A stretch of DNA of 64,000 bases, taken from Vulcanimicrobiota bacterium (GTDB taxonomy: Bacteria; Vulcanimicrobiota; Xenobia; Xenobiales; JADMJV01). Shown here piece by piece: positions 43,623 to 53,693 of this stretch (its first letter is position 1; each line of letters opens with the position of its first letter). Made by a program: the position numbers and the translations under genes. Location of the stretch: the NCBI GenBank assembly GCA_050250895.1, contig JBFWNU010000003.1, positions 491,302-555,301 of the forward strand. Direction: 5' to 3'. The notes under the pieces are model-generated. The model was not told where the DNA came from. It made no database searches and worked only from the letters and a program-made list of their open reading frames with translations.

Positions 43623-45401
43623 GTGAGGAGAGGGAACGCTCTGCTGACCATCATCACGTTGATGATGGTCATGTTTGTTCTTCTCAACGCCCTGGTCGCG
43701 CTGTCTGCCGACCGGTCCAGTCAGGCCACCCTCTACTACCAGGAAGTAGCCAGCCTCGAACTGACCGAAGCCGCCGTCACCGATGTCCTGGTCCAACTCG
43801 AGGCCGATCCCGATTGGACCGAAGGCTTTGACCAGAAGAAGATCGATGCCAAAATGCCGGGTCACTACACGGTCACTTTCAACACCAGTGGGGCGGGTTT
43901 TGCAGCTGAGGATTCGATCAACAATCTGCTCGGTGATGAACCGGCGGACAGCTATCTGGGCACCGACAGTGTGCCACCCCACACGGTTTTTCTGGTAGTC
44001 ACCACCCAGGTGGGCAGCCAGGTGGTTCAATCGCAGGTCGTGCTCGGGTCGGCGGGAGGGTCGCTGGGGGACTACGCGATTGCTGCCTCCCGCAACATCA
44101 TCATGGTGGGCGACGTCAAAGTCAGCGGCATCAAGAGTCTGTCCGAAACCGACCCCATCAAGGCCAACATCCATTCCAACCGCTCCGAACTCAGTAGCGA
44201 TATCATCCAGTGGTATCCCAAGAAGACGGGGGACACGGTTGAAGTGGACGGCAGTCTGAGCGTCACCAGCGAGCATCCCTCGGCCATCGGGTTGCACGGC
44301 CCGGTCGGCAGTTTCAACGTCGACGAACTGATTGTGGGGGCGCCCGCCAAACCTCCCCCGACGTTCGATATCCAGAGCCAATTGATGGCGAATCGAGGGC
44401 ATCCAAGACCACCGCTGATCGCTGGCGATAACGTCCTATCACCGGGAAAATACTACGTTCCCGGGGATATCGAGATGCTGGGCGACCTGACTCTTGACGG
44501 AGCAACCCTGTATGTAGAAGGCCAATTGGTCATGGGAGGCAGCCTGAAGGGGGACGGCTCGGTCTTCGTGGGCGAGGAGACCATCGTGGCCGGGGATTCC
44601 GTGGTGGCTTCCAACAACGACCAGGGCATCGCCTTGTATAGTCGGGGACCGGTCACCCTCACCGGGTTCGCCCTCGAGATCTACATCGACGAACTGGGCA
44701 ACAGCGACCCCCAACTCGGTGTTTTGATGGACCAGATTCAGGGGGTCCTGGGTGAACTCGAGTCAGCTTCCGACATGAATCAGGTGACCCGCTTGCTCAA
44801 CGCCGCGGGCAATCCCACTGGCCCGACGCCCCCTGGTCTACCCAACGACCTTTTGGGCAAGATTGCCGAGAGGGTGCAGCAGGCGCCTGCCACCAGTACC
44901 CGAGACAGCCTGCTGACCCGCCTCGACAACCTCAAGAAAGTGTACTCTCCCGTAGATGGCAATGCCAGCAACCCCGCCGGGACCACCGCCCAGCAGATTC
45001 TCGATAGCTGGCGCGACCCGGATCAGCCCGACCTTTCTGGTCTGATGGGGGCGGGGTTGGAGATCTATTTGACGACCCACGACGCGGAGATCCTGGAATT
45101 GCTCGAGCATTACAGTCTGGAGTATCAAGACCCCTGGGGGAGCGCTCGCTCTTACTTCCAGGGCATCGTCTATAGCAACAGCTGGGTGGCCATCGACAAC
45201 CAGGTCGAGCTGCTGGGTTCGGTCTGGGCTTTTGACGACGGCAGCCAGCTTCAAAACGGCGACTTCGACGGATACACCGCCCGACCCGGCGACATCTTGC
45301 TGCTCAATAACAGCCGTCTGACTCTCAACCGCGAGTACGCCGACAAAATGAGCGCCGAGAGCGGGTCCTTTCTGGGGGTGCGAAGTTGGACCACCCGGTA
45401 G
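43623..45401 (+). CDS. Large PilX-like pilus assembly protein
   Basis: RRG|NALL type III signal-like N-terminus, A..L.EA.V, beta-rich G.Y.V.G repeats; start uncertain (43575-43623). Confidence 0.7.
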   Translation: MRRGNALLTIITLMMVMFVLLNALVALSADRSSQATLYYQEVASLELTEAAVTDVLVQLEADPDWTEGFDQKKIDAKMPGHYTVTFNTSGAGFAAEDSINNLLGDEPADSYLGTDSVPPHTVFLVVTTQVGSQVVQSQVVLGSAGGSLGDYAIAASRNIIMVGDVKVSGIKSLSETDPIKANIHSNRSELSSDIIQWYPKKTGDTVEVDGSLSVTSEHPSAIGLHGPVGSFNVDELIVGAPAKPPPTFDIQSQLMANRGHPRPPLIAGDNVLSPGKYYVPGDIEMLGDLTLDGATLYVEGQLVMGGSLKGDGSVFVGEETIVAGDSVVASNNDQGIALYSRGPVTLTGFALEIYIDELGNSDPQLGVLMDQIQGVLGELESASDMNQVTRLLNAAGNPTGPTPPGLPNDLLGKIAERVQQAPATSTRDSLLTRLDNLKKVYSPVDGNASNPAGTTAQQILDSWRDPDQPDLSGLMGAGLEIYLTTHDAEILELLEHYSLEYQDPWGSARSYFQGIVYSNSWVAIDNQVELLGSVWAFDDGSQLQNGDFDGYTARPGDILLLNNSRLTLNREYADKMSAESGSFLGVRSWTTR

Positions 45402-45799
45402 GCAAGGGCTTCACCCTGGTCGAGGTGCTGATCGTGGCGGCCGTCGGGGCCGTCGCGCTCTTGACCTTGATTGGAGTGTTTTTGCTCGGCTATCGCTGGT
45501 CCACCGAAAGCCAGAGTCGACTGCTGGCCGCCCAGTTGGCCCGCAATGGCCTGGAGGCAGTCCGAGCCACCCCTTTCGAAGACTTGCCCGACACGGCTCG
45601 CACCTTCGACGGCAGCCGGTCCGATCCGGCCGACGGTCCCTTTCCCCCGGCTCCCTACCCGAGTCTCAGCCTCGACGGCCAGGAATTTACCTTCGTCTAT
45701 GTCATCGAGCCACTTTCGGACAGAGCCCGTGACGTGCGCGTCGAGGTGCGTCCGCGCGGCAAACAACCCGTTGTGTTGAGAACCTATGTCCGGCCCTGA
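45386..45799 (+). CDS. Prepilin-type N-terminal cleavage protein (PilV-like)
   Basis: KG|FTLVEVL. Confidence 0.85.
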   Translation: MDHPVGKGFTLVEVLIVAAVGAVALLTLIGVFLLGYRWSTESQSRLLAAQLARNGLEAVRATPFEDLPDTARTFDGSRSDPADGPFPPAPYPSLSLDGQEFTFVYVIEPLSDRARDVRVEVRPRGKQPVVLRTYVRP

Positions 45800-46379
45800 G
45801 CGACGCTTCGGCTTCAGCCTGCTGGAGGTGCTCGTGAGCGTGGCCATCCTCAGTCTCGTCTTCACCGCTTTGCTGGCTGTCTACGCCTTTGGGATCCGCC
45901 TTTTCACGCGAACCGACCAGCGCAGCGAACTCATTCGTAACGCTCAATTGGCCGTCACCACCCTCCAGCACGACCTGATGGATAGCAGCTTCGCCAGCCT
46001 CGAGATCGACGGTTCGACGCTGGCCTTTCTCGCTCCCAGTCCGGCCTCGCTCGATTCTTCAGGCCGAGCCACCTGGAAGAGCTACCTCATCTATTCGCTG
46101 GAGGAGAGAACCCTGCGACGCCGGGTGGTGGAGATTCCGGCCGGCGCTCCGCAGGTGGAGAGCCCGGGACCGATCTCGGGCTTTGATCCCGGCAGCGGAC
46201 CTCAAGAGCTATCTGCTTACCTCACCAGCGTTCCCCAAAGTCGGGTGATGGCCCGCGAACTCGACCAATTCATCGTCTATCCCGACGAGCAATCGCAATC
46301 GGTCAAGGTCGAGCTTCTTTTCAGCCGGCAAGGCAGCCAGCTGACTATCCCTGTCTCGGTCCGTCTTCACAATGACTAG
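45786..46379 (+). CDS. Prepilin-type protein (PilW/GspJ-like)
   Basis: FG|FSLLEVL. Confidence 0.85.
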   Translation: MSGPERRFGFSLLEVLVSVAILSLVFTALLAVYAFGIRLFTRTDQRSELIRNAQLAVTTLQHDLMDSSFASLEIDGSTLAFLAPSPASLDSSGRATWKSYLIYSLEERTLRRRVVEIPAGAPQVESPGPISGFDPGSGPQELSAYLTSVPQSRVMARELDQFIVYPDEQSQSVKVELLFSRQGSQLTIPVSVRLHND

Positions 46380-47424
46380 GCCCTCGTTTCCAGGCGATCA
46401 GCTGACGGTGGTCTTGCGGATGCTGAGTACCCTGCTGACCTCGGGGGTGCCGGTGCATCGGGCTCTGGAACTCGTGGTCGAAGGCTGCTCGACGGGCCCG
46501 GTTCGCGACACCCTGGCCTCCGTTTCTGCCTCGGTCTCGCAAGGCCAACGGTTGAGCATGGCCCTGGCTCAAGCGCCTCAAGCCTTTCCCCCGCTCCTGG
46601 AAAGCCTGGTCCGCGCTGGAGAGGATTCAGGTCAATTGGACGCCTTACTGGCGCGCTATGTGGTCTTTCACGAAAGTTCGGCGCGAACGGCCCGCCAGCT
46701 ACGCGCAGCTCTGACTTACCCGGCCATCGTGCTGGTTCTGACCGTGGTGGTGGTGGCCATCATGGCCGTGGTCGTCTTTCCCCGCCAACGCGAGCTGTAT
46801 CAGTCCCTGGGCGTCACTGAGGTCTCGGTGCTGACGCGCCTGCTGGAGGGTCTGCTCGGATTGGCCGCCTGGCTTCCCTGGTTGGCGGTGGCATCGCCTT
46901 TGCTGGTGTTGGCCAATTCGACCCTGGACGCCTCGACCCGCCAGAAGCTCCGCGAAGCGTTCGACGGAGCTCTCCTGCGCCTGCCCTTGCTGGGCTCGGT
47001 GATCCACAAGGCCGCCACCGTTCGTCTGCTGATAGGGTTGGCCATCTTCTTCGAAGCCGGAATTACTCTCGGTCCCGCCTTTCGGCCGCTGGGCAAGATG
47101 CTCGGGAACGCGATCCTGGAGAACCGTTTTGCTCAGTTCCTCGAGAGCATCGCTAAAGGCGGTTGCAGCCTGTCGCTGGCAGCCTCGCAGTCGGAGGCCT
47201 TCTTGCCGGTGGTGGTAGCCCTCTTTCGGGTCGGAGAAGAGCAAGGTTCCCTGAGCCACCTCTGCCGCCAGACAGCCGACATCGTAGAACTCGAGGTCGA
47301 ATCCAGCTTCAGGACCCTGGAGACCCTCCTCGAGCCGCTGGCGATGGCGGTGATGGGGCTGGTCGTGGGTTTCGTGGTGCTGGCCTCCTCGCTGCCCATG
47401 TTGGGAGTCCTGCAGCAACTCTAG
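46372..47424 (+). CDS. GspF/PilC family inner-membrane platform protein
   Basis: L.SGVP...AL, AGE.SGQL, ALTYP, GEE.G.L, LLEP. Confidence 0.9.
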   Translation: MTRPSFPGDQLTVVLRMLSTLLTSGVPVHRALELVVEGCSTGPVRDTLASVSASVSQGQRLSMALAQAPQAFPPLLESLVRAGEDSGQLDALLARYVVFHESSARTARQLRAALTYPAIVLVLTVVVVAIMAVVVFPRQRELYQSLGVTEVSVLTRLLEGLLGLAAWLPWLAVASPLLVLANSTLDASTRQKLREAFDGALLRLPLLGSVIHKAATVRLLIGLAIFFEAGITLGPAFRPLGKMLGNAILENRFAQFLESIAKGGCSLSLAASQSEAFLPVVVALFRVGEEQGSLSHLCRQTADIVELEVESSFRTLETLLEPLAMAVMGLVVGFVVLASSLPMLGVLQQL

Positions 47425-47484
47425 CGCCGGGGGCAGCCAGCCGGCTAGCAGGCACCGGGGCCTCCTTGTCGTAAGGGCTAGCCC

Positions 47485-47964
47485 ATGAGTATCGGGCTTG
47501 CCTTCAAGGCCTTTTTTAAAGTGCTCGGCGACAAGGAAGTGGCCGAGAAAGTCTCGGCCATTCTGGGCGAGGCTCCTAAAGAGTTGGCGGCGCCGCCGGT
47601 CGATTCGGCCGGCCAGTTGCTTTCGACTCTCCAGCGCGAGGGTCGGTTTATCGACTTTCTGCAAGAGGACCTGACCGGGTTCCAGGACGCCCAGATCGGA
47701 GCCGTGGCTCGTGATGTCCACGGCGGTTGTCGCAAGGCGCTCGATCAGTATCTGACCATCAAACCGGTGATGGCCGAATCCGAAGGGGATAGCGTGACCG
47801 TGTCCGAGGGTTTTGACCCCAACACCATTCGCCTGGTGGGCAAAGTCGAAGGGGACCCGCCCTTTGACGGCACCCTGCGTCACCACGGTTGGAAGCTCGT
47901 CGCTTCCAAGCTGCCCCCGATGGCCAACGCCGAAATTTTGCTGCCCGCGGAGGTAGAATTATGA
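47485..47964 (+). CDS. DUF2760 domain protein
   Basis: LQREGRFIDFLQED, D.QIGA.AR.VH.GC, G.PPF.G.L.HHGW, PAEVEL. Confidence 0.85.
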   Translation: MSIGLAFKAFFKVLGDKEVAEKVSAILGEAPKELAAPPVDSAGQLLSTLQREGRFIDFLQEDLTGFQDAQIGAVARDVHGGCRKALDQYLTIKPVMAESEGDSVTVSEGFDPNTIRLVGKVEGDPPFDGTLRHHGWKLVASKLPPMANAEILLPAEVEL

Positions 47965-49703
47965 CCTGGGTTATCGGAATTGATTTAGGCACGACCAACA
48001 CCACGCTGGCTTATGCCGAGCCAGCCGAAGAAGAGGGCGAAGAGTATACGCAAGAGGTCTTCGAGATCCCGCAGTTGGTCGCTCCCAACACGGTGGAGGG
48101 GCGCACCAGTCTGCCCTCGTTTCTATATTTGCCAAGCGAACACGAGGTAGGGGCGGGAAGTTTGTCGCTGCCCTGGGACGAGGTGGCCCTGCATGCCGTG
48201 GGCACCTATGCTCGCGACGAGGGCGTGAAGGTGCCCGACCATCTCATCTCGTCGGCCAAGTCGTGGCTCAGTCAGGAGGGGGTCGACCGCAAGGGGAAGA
48301 TCCTGCCCTGGAAGGCTCCCGAGGACGTCGAACAGCAGTCGCCGGTAGAGGCCTCGACCAACTATCTGCGGCACCTGGCCGACTCCTGGAAGTGGAAGCA
48401 CAAGGACGCTCCCCTGCCCGATCAAGAGGTGGTTCTGACGGTGCCGGCCTCGTTTGACGCGGTGGCCCGCGAGTTGACCGCCGAGGCGGCACGGGCGGCC
48501 GGGTTGGCCAACATCACCTTGCTCGAAGAGCCTCAGGCCGCCTTTTATGCCTGGCTTGACAAGGCTGGTGAAGACTGGCGCTCGCAGGTGGGCAAAGGCG
48601 ATCTGGTGCTGGTCTGCGACATCGGCGGCGGGACCACCGACCTGAGCTTGATTAAAGTGTATGAAGAAGAGGGTGACCTGGCCCTCGAGCGCGTGGCCGT
48701 GGGCGAACACATCCTGCTGGGCGGCGACAACATGGACCTGACCCTGGCCGTTTCGGTGCGGGCTCGCCTGAAGAAAGAGGGCACCAAGCTCGATTCGTGG
48801 CAGTTCCAGGTGCTCACCCACGGTTGCCGGGCGGCCAAGGAGGCCCTGCTCGGTGGCAGTGACGAGGATACCTTTCAGGTCACCATCCCCGGTCGCGGCA
48901 GTAAGCTCATCGGCGGGGCTCTGCAGGTCGACATCGAGCGCGACGAGGTCGAGAAGCTGCTGATGGAGGGATTTTTCCCTGAGGTCGAGGCCGACGAACG
49001 ACCGGCTCAAAAGACCCGCGTCGGTCTCACCGAGTTGGGTTTGCCTTACGAGGCCGACCCGGCCATTACCCGTCACCTGGCCGGCTTTCTCAAGGAAGAG
49101 TACGAGCCCACCGCCATCTTGTTCAACGGCGGCGTGTTCAAGGCCACCCAGCTGCGCGACCGGCTGGTGGACGTGGTCAACAGCTGGGTGGAAGAGCCGG
49201 TCAAAGTGCTGGAAGGCACCGACCTCGATCTGGCCGTAGCTCGCGGAGCGGTGCGCTATGGATTGGTCAAGAAGGGCCACGGCATCCGCATTCGCGGCGG
49301 CCTGTCGCGGTCGTACTACATCGGCGTCGAGGTGGCTATGCCGGCCGTGCCGGGGATGGAGCCGCCCATCAAAGCCGTGTGTGTGGCTCCCAAGGGCATG
49401 GAGGAGGGCTCGGAGCTCGACGTGCCCGACCAGGAGTTTGGATTGGTGCTGGGCGAGGATGTCGAGTTCCCTTTCCTGGCTTCCAGCGAGGCCGACGAGG
49501 TGGGCACCGTCCACGAGGACTGGGAAGACGAGGAGATCGAGGAGTTGGCCAAAGTGGGCGCAACCCTCAAGGGCGATGGGGGAGTGGTGCCGGTGCGGTT
49601 GCAGACGGTGGCCACCGAGATCGGCACCCTCGAGCTGTACTGCGTCGAGCGCGACGGCGAGGGGCGCTGGAAGCTCGAATTCGAGGTTCGGGAGTCAGAG
49701 TAG
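47961..49703 (+). CDS. Atypical Hsp70-family protein
   Basis: GIDLGTTN, TVPASFD, EEPQAA, DIGGGTTD, LLGGDNMD. Confidence 0.9.
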   Translation: MTWVIGIDLGTTNTTLAYAEPAEEEGEEYTQEVFEIPQLVAPNTVEGRTSLPSFLYLPSEHEVGAGSLSLPWDEVALHAVGTYARDEGVKVPDHLISSAKSWLSQEGVDRKGKILPWKAPEDVEQQSPVEASTNYLRHLADSWKWKHKDAPLPDQEVVLTVPASFDAVARELTAEAARAAGLANITLLEEPQAAFYAWLDKAGEDWRSQVGKGDLVLVCDIGGGTTDLSLIKVYEEEGDLALERVAVGEHILLGGDNMDLTLAVSVRARLKKEGTKLDSWQFQVLTHGCRAAKEALLGGSDEDTFQVTIPGRGSKLIGGALQVDIERDEVEKLLMEGFFPEVEADERPAQKTRVGLTELGLPYEADPAITRHLAGFLKEEYEPTAILFNGGVFKATQLRDRLVDVVNSWVEEPVKVLEGTDLDLAVARGAVRYGLVKKGHGIRIRGGLSRSYYIGVEVAMPAVPGMEPPIKAVCVAPKGMEEGSELDVPDQEFGLVLGEDVEFPFLASSEADEVGTVHEDWEDEEIEELAKVGATLKGDGGVVPVRLQTVATEIGTLELYCVERDGEGRWKLEFEVRESE

Positions 49704-52352
49704 TTGCGACAGGTAGTTGGTCTGGATCTGGGCACCTCGAACTCGACTCTGGCTCGAGTGCTGCCCGATTCGAACCAGCTCGAGACGGTTCCCATTCTGC
49801 AGCGGGTGTCAGCCACCGAGACGGCTACCCGCAACCTGTTGCCGTCGTTTTTGTATCTGCCCGGCGGCCACGAGCTGGCCGCCGACGCCATGACCTTGCC
49901 CTGGGACGAAGACCGCGACTATCTGGTGGGCGAGTTCGCCCGCGAGCAGGGGGCCCGGGTGCCGGGGAGGGTGGTCTCGTCGGCCAAGAGCTGGCTGGCT
50001 CATCGCAAGCTCGATCCCACCGAGCCGATCTTGCCCTGGGAGCGGGCCAAGGACCTCGACCCCATCAGCCCGGTCGAGGCCACCTCGCGCTATCTGCTAC
50101 ACCTGGTCGAATCCTGGAATCATCAGTTTCCCGAAGAAAGCCTGCAAAATCAAGAAGTCATCCTGACCGTTCCCGCCTCGTTTGACGAGCTGGCCCGCAA
50201 GCTCACCGCCGGAGCGGCGGCCGAGAACGGTCTGGCCGTGCGCCTGTTGGAAGAGCCGCAGGCGGCCTTCTATTCGTGGTTGTGGCGCCATCCCAAAGAC
50301 TGGAAGAAGCTGGTCGAGGTCGACGAGCATATCCTGGTCTGCGACATCGGCGGCGGAACCACCGACTTCACCCTCATCAAGTTGGGCGAAGGCGGCTTCG
50401 AGCGCGTGGCCGTGGGCGACCACCTGATGCTCGGCGGCGACAATCTCGACATCGCCCTGGCCCATCACGTCGAGCCGCGCCTGGGAGCCAAGCTCGATCT
50501 CTTGCAGTGGGGCGTGTTGCGCCACCAGTGCCGGCGGGCCAAAGAGCTGTTGCTCTCAGACGACCCGCCCGACGAAGCCAACATCACCGTGCCCGGCAGC
50601 GGCGCTCGCATGTTGAAAGGGGCGCTCACCGACACCCTCCGCCGCGAAGAGGTGGAAAGGCTGGTGCTCGACGGCTTCTTTCCCACCCTCGCCAAAGACG
50701 ACATCGAGTCGCCGGAGGCGGCCCGCAAAGGCTTGAAGGAGTGGGGTCTTCCCTATGAGTCGGATGCGGCCGTGCCGCGCCATCTGGCCCGCTTTCTGGC
50801 CGTGCAGAAGGCCCCCGTGCCGGCCAAAGTCTTGTTCAACGGCGGGGCCTGCCGGCCGCCGGCCCTGCGCCGGCGGTTGCTCGACATCTTGAGCGAGTGG
50901 CGCGGGCAAGAGGTGAGCGAACTCGAAAACCCCGAGTCGGATTTGGCTGTGGCCCGGGGAGCGGCCTGGTTTGGCCATCTGCGCCGCAGCGGCGGCATGC
51001 GGATCGGGGGCGGCAGCGCCCGCTCCTACTACCTCGGTCTGGCCGACCAGAAGGCCCTGTGCGTGGTGCCGCGCAACCTGGTTGAAGGCCACCGCATCGA
51101 CCTGGCCGAGCCCGAGTTGAAACTGCTGGTCAACCAGCCCGCCCGCTTTCCGCTGTTTTCTAGCTCCAACCGGGTCGAGGACGAACCGGGCGATCTGGTG
51201 GATATCGAGGCCTTGGCCGACCTGGGGCCGCTCGAGACGGTGGTCAAGGCCACCAAAGCGCGCAAGAACGAGGTCTCTGTCCATCTGTCGGCCGAGGTCA
51301 CCGAGGTAGGCACCCTCGACCTGTGGGCCCAGAGCGACAGCCATCGCTATTCGCTGGAGTTTCCTATTCGCGAGGGTTCGGCCGCCGGAGCCGCAGTCGA
51401 GTTGCAGTCGCGCAAAGTGCGCGAGGCCCGTGCTTTGATCGAGGAGACCTTCAATCTCAAGCCGTCCAAGCTGGGCAAGGCTCTGGCCCGCCCGCGCACG
51501 ATGCTCAGTGTGCTCGAGAGCCAGATGGGGCCGCGCGAGGAGTGGTCGCTGCCGCTCAACCGGGCCTTCTGGGACAGCCTCAACGCGGTGGCCCGGCGGC
51601 GCCGGGTCGAGCCCGAGTACGAGGCCGGCTGGTTCAACGCGGTGGGTTACTGTTTGCGGCCGGGGTTCGGGGTAGCCCTCGACGAGTGGCGCATCGACCA
51701 GATGGCCGAGGTGCTCGACGGTTGGATGCAGTTTCCCAAGGACGACAAGGTCAAGGTTCAGTTCTGGATCATGTGGCGAAGGTTGGCTCCCGGCTTGCCC
51801 ACTTCGGTGCAACTCGAGCTATGGAACCAGCTCCACCCGGTGCTCTTGCCCGGACGCAAGCACATCAAGACTCGCAACAAAGGCCAGCGGGGAGCTGACG
51901 AAGAGAAAGAGATGCTGCGCCTGGCCGTTAGCCTCGAGCGGGTGCCTCCCGACGAGAAGGTGGCCCTGGGCGGGCTGCTGATGAGTCGCTTTAGCGGGGC
52001 TGACGAGGATTTCTGGCTGATGGCCCGGCTGGCCACCCGCGAGCCGCTGGGCGGTTCGGTCGACCGGGTGGTCGAGCCGGCGGTGGTCGAGGGTTGGGTG
52101 GACCAGATGTTGGCCTCGAGCTGGCAGTCCAAGCGACTGGCCTGTCTGGCTCTGGTCGAGACGGTCAGAATCACCGGTGACCGTGGTCGCGACGTCGATC
52201 CGGCCCTGGTGGACCGCGTCTCGGAGCGGCTGGTCAAAGCCGGTCAGGCCGAGCGCTTCGAGCCCGTGCTGCGAGGTGAGGCCCTCGAGCAGCAAGAGGA
52301 CCGGGCGGCCCTGCTGGGCGATGCCCTGCCGGTGGGCCTGCGGCTCGCCTGA
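49704..52352 (+). CDS. Atypical Hsp70-family protein with C-terminal DUF3731-like domain
   Basis: Same ATPase motifs; GYCLRPGFG..LD.WR, W.MWRR...GL, GD.LP.GL.L. Confidence 0.9.
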   Translation: MRQVVGLDLGTSNSTLARVLPDSNQLETVPILQRVSATETATRNLLPSFLYLPGGHELAADAMTLPWDEDRDYLVGEFAREQGARVPGRVVSSAKSWLAHRKLDPTEPILPWERAKDLDPISPVEATSRYLLHLVESWNHQFPEESLQNQEVILTVPASFDELARKLTAGAAAENGLAVRLLEEPQAAFYSWLWRHPKDWKKLVEVDEHILVCDIGGGTTDFTLIKLGEGGFERVAVGDHLMLGGDNLDIALAHHVEPRLGAKLDLLQWGVLRHQCRRAKELLLSDDPPDEANITVPGSGARMLKGALTDTLRREEVERLVLDGFFPTLAKDDIESPEAARKGLKEWGLPYESDAAVPRHLARFLAVQKAPVPAKVLFNGGACRPPALRRRLLDILSEWRGQEVSELENPESDLAVARGAAWFGHLRRSGGMRIGGGSARSYYLGLADQKALCVVPRNLVEGHRIDLAEPELKLLVNQPARFPLFSSSNRVEDEPGDLVDIEALADLGPLETVVKATKARKNEVSVHLSAEVTEVGTLDLWAQSDSHRYSLEFPIREGSAAGAAVELQSRKVREARALIEETFNLKPSKLGKALARPRTMLSVLESQMGPREEWSLPLNRAFWDSLNAVARRRRVEPEYEAGWFNAVGYCLRPGFGVALDEWRIDQMAEVLDGWMQFPKDDKVKVQFWIMWRRLAPGLPTSVQLELWNQLHPVLLPGRKHIKTRNKGQRGADEEKEMLRLAVSLERVPPDEKVALGGLLMSRFSGADEDFWLMARLATREPLGGSVDRVVEPAVVEGWVDQMLASSWQSKRLACLALVETVRITGDRGRDVDPALVDRVSERLVKAGQAERFEPVLRGEALEQQEDRAALLGDALPVGLRLA

Positions 52353-52355
52353 CGG

Positions 52356-52377
52356 TGGACGGCCGAGCCGTCCACCA
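52356..52377. terminator. GC hairpin between convergent genes
   Basis: GTGGACGGC-CGA-GCCGTCCAC. Confidence 0.45.
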
Positions 52378-52383
52378 GGGGGT

Positions 52384-52671
52384 TTAGTGCGCCACGAGTT
52401 GGCGACCGAGTTTCTCGAAGGCCTCGATGGCTGCCTGTTCGAGCTGCTGCTTCATGGTCGGGTCGAAGATGTCGGCATACTTGAAGTAGCCTCGATCGTC
52501 GTCGAGCTTGCGACCCGGCATCCCTAGAAAGTAGCCGTTGTCGTTCTTGTACAGCTTGGCCCGAATACGAAACGGCCCGTAGCCAATGGAAACCGCGGCC
52601 ACTCCGCTTCCTTCACCGTCCTTCGAGAAGGGGGTGATTTTCAGGATCTGCGGTTCTACTTTGTCGTTCAT
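52384..52671 (-). CDS. SpoVG-like nucleic-acid-binding protein
   Basis: GYFLGMPGRK...Y...A motif, C-terminal helix AIEAF, 95 aa. Confidence 0.7.
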   Translation of the reverse strand: MNDKVEPQILKITPFSKDGEGSGVAAVSIGYGPFRIRAKLYKNDNGYFLGMPGRKLDDDRGYFKYADIFDPTMKQQLEQAAIEAFEKLGRQLVAH

Positions 52672-52818
52672 GATACGCTCCAGTTGTATGTTGTGGCGAG
52701 ACTTGTCTTGTCTCGCTAGCAGTCTAGCAGCGTCTTTCGGACCGTCAGTTTGCCGTCGGATGACAGGCTGATTGCAACGGTATGAACTTTGTATGAACAG
52801 CGAACGGCCGTGTGTTCG

Positions 52819-53310
52819 CTAACGAACCAGCTGGTCGAGATCGACGCCGTAGAGCTTCGCATTCTTGTGCATCAGGCCTTTGCGGCTCACGTCGTTTTGG
52901 CCGCGGACACCGGCCTCTACCAGGTCGAGAAAGGTGTGCCAGCCCATGGCGTTCTGTTTTTCGAACCGCTCCAGGATGGGCAGGTGCGTCAGGCGTAGCC
53001 AGACTTCATCCCCTTCGGGCTCGAGTTCGAGGGTGAGGTACGACTCGGGATACTCTGACCTTTCCTGGCCCGGCTCGAAGACATTCCAGGTGTAGACCAG
53101 TTTGCGAGGAGGGTGCCATTGGGTGACGGTGCCGCGAATGTGCCCGCCCATCAAGCTCACCGCGCCGCCGACCCGAGGTTCTATCGAACCTTCTCCGAAC
53201 CACTCCGGCAGCAGTTCGGCCTTGGTCAGATAGTCCCAAACGCGCTCGATGGGGCCGGGCAATCGTCGCTCGAAGCTGACTTTGAGAACTCGTGAACTTT
53301 CGCCTTTCAT
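52819..53310 (-). CDS. SRPBCC/AHSA1 domain protein
   Basis: ERRL..PIERVW..LT, P.KL.YTW, L.LTH, GWH. Confidence 0.9.
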   Translation of the reverse strand: MKGESSRVLKVSFERRLPGPIERVWDYLTKAELLPEWFGEGSIEPRVGGAVSLMGGHIRGTVTQWHPPRKLVYTWNVFEPGQERSEYPESYLTLELEPEGDEVWLRLTHLPILERFEKQNAMGWHTFLDLVEAGVRGQNDVSRKGLMHKNAKLYGVDLDQLVR

Positions 53311-53615
53311 GACGACTCCTTTCGTTTGAGCGCGTCTTCCAACGCATCAAGTCGCGGGACCCAAAAGGCCCGCATCTGGTCGACCCAGGCGACCAGTTCC
53401 AGCATGCCCATCGGTTCGAGTTCGTAGATGCGCCGCTGGGCCTCGGGCCTGACTTTTACCAGTCCGGCTTGCCTGAGGGTCTTGAGGTGTTGAGAGATGG
53501 CGGGGGCGCTGACCTCGAACTGCTCGGCCAATTCGCCAGAGCTACGCGGTCCTCGGGCTAAAATCTCGACCAGCCGTCGCCGGGTGGGATCGGCCAACGC
53601 TCTCATTGCCTCCAT
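53307..53615 (-). CDS. ArsR/SmtB family regulator
   Basis: ALADPTRR, PAISQHLKTLR.AGLV; ATGA coupling with SRPBCC gene. Confidence 0.9.
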   Translation of the reverse strand: MEAMRALADPTRRRLVEILARGPRSSGELAEQFEVSAPAISQHLKTLRQAGLVKVRPEAQRRIYELEPMGMLELVAWVDQMRAFWVPRLDALEDALKRKESS

Positions 53616-53621
53616 TGTGGA

Positions 53622-53646
53622 ATAATAAACCACTTGCTTAATTAAG
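53622..53646. promoter_or_regulatory. Putative ArsR operator (imperfect palindrome)
   Basis: AT-rich TAAACCACTTGCTTA just upstream of the regulator start. Confidence 0.4.
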
Positions 53647-53693
53647 TCAATGCTAAAATAGGAAGAGATCGGACCAGCGCGAAGTCGCTCGGC

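Noticed and set aside
47961-52352. Canonical dnaK
   Set aside because: Lacks the typical substrate-binding domain and dnaJ/grpE context
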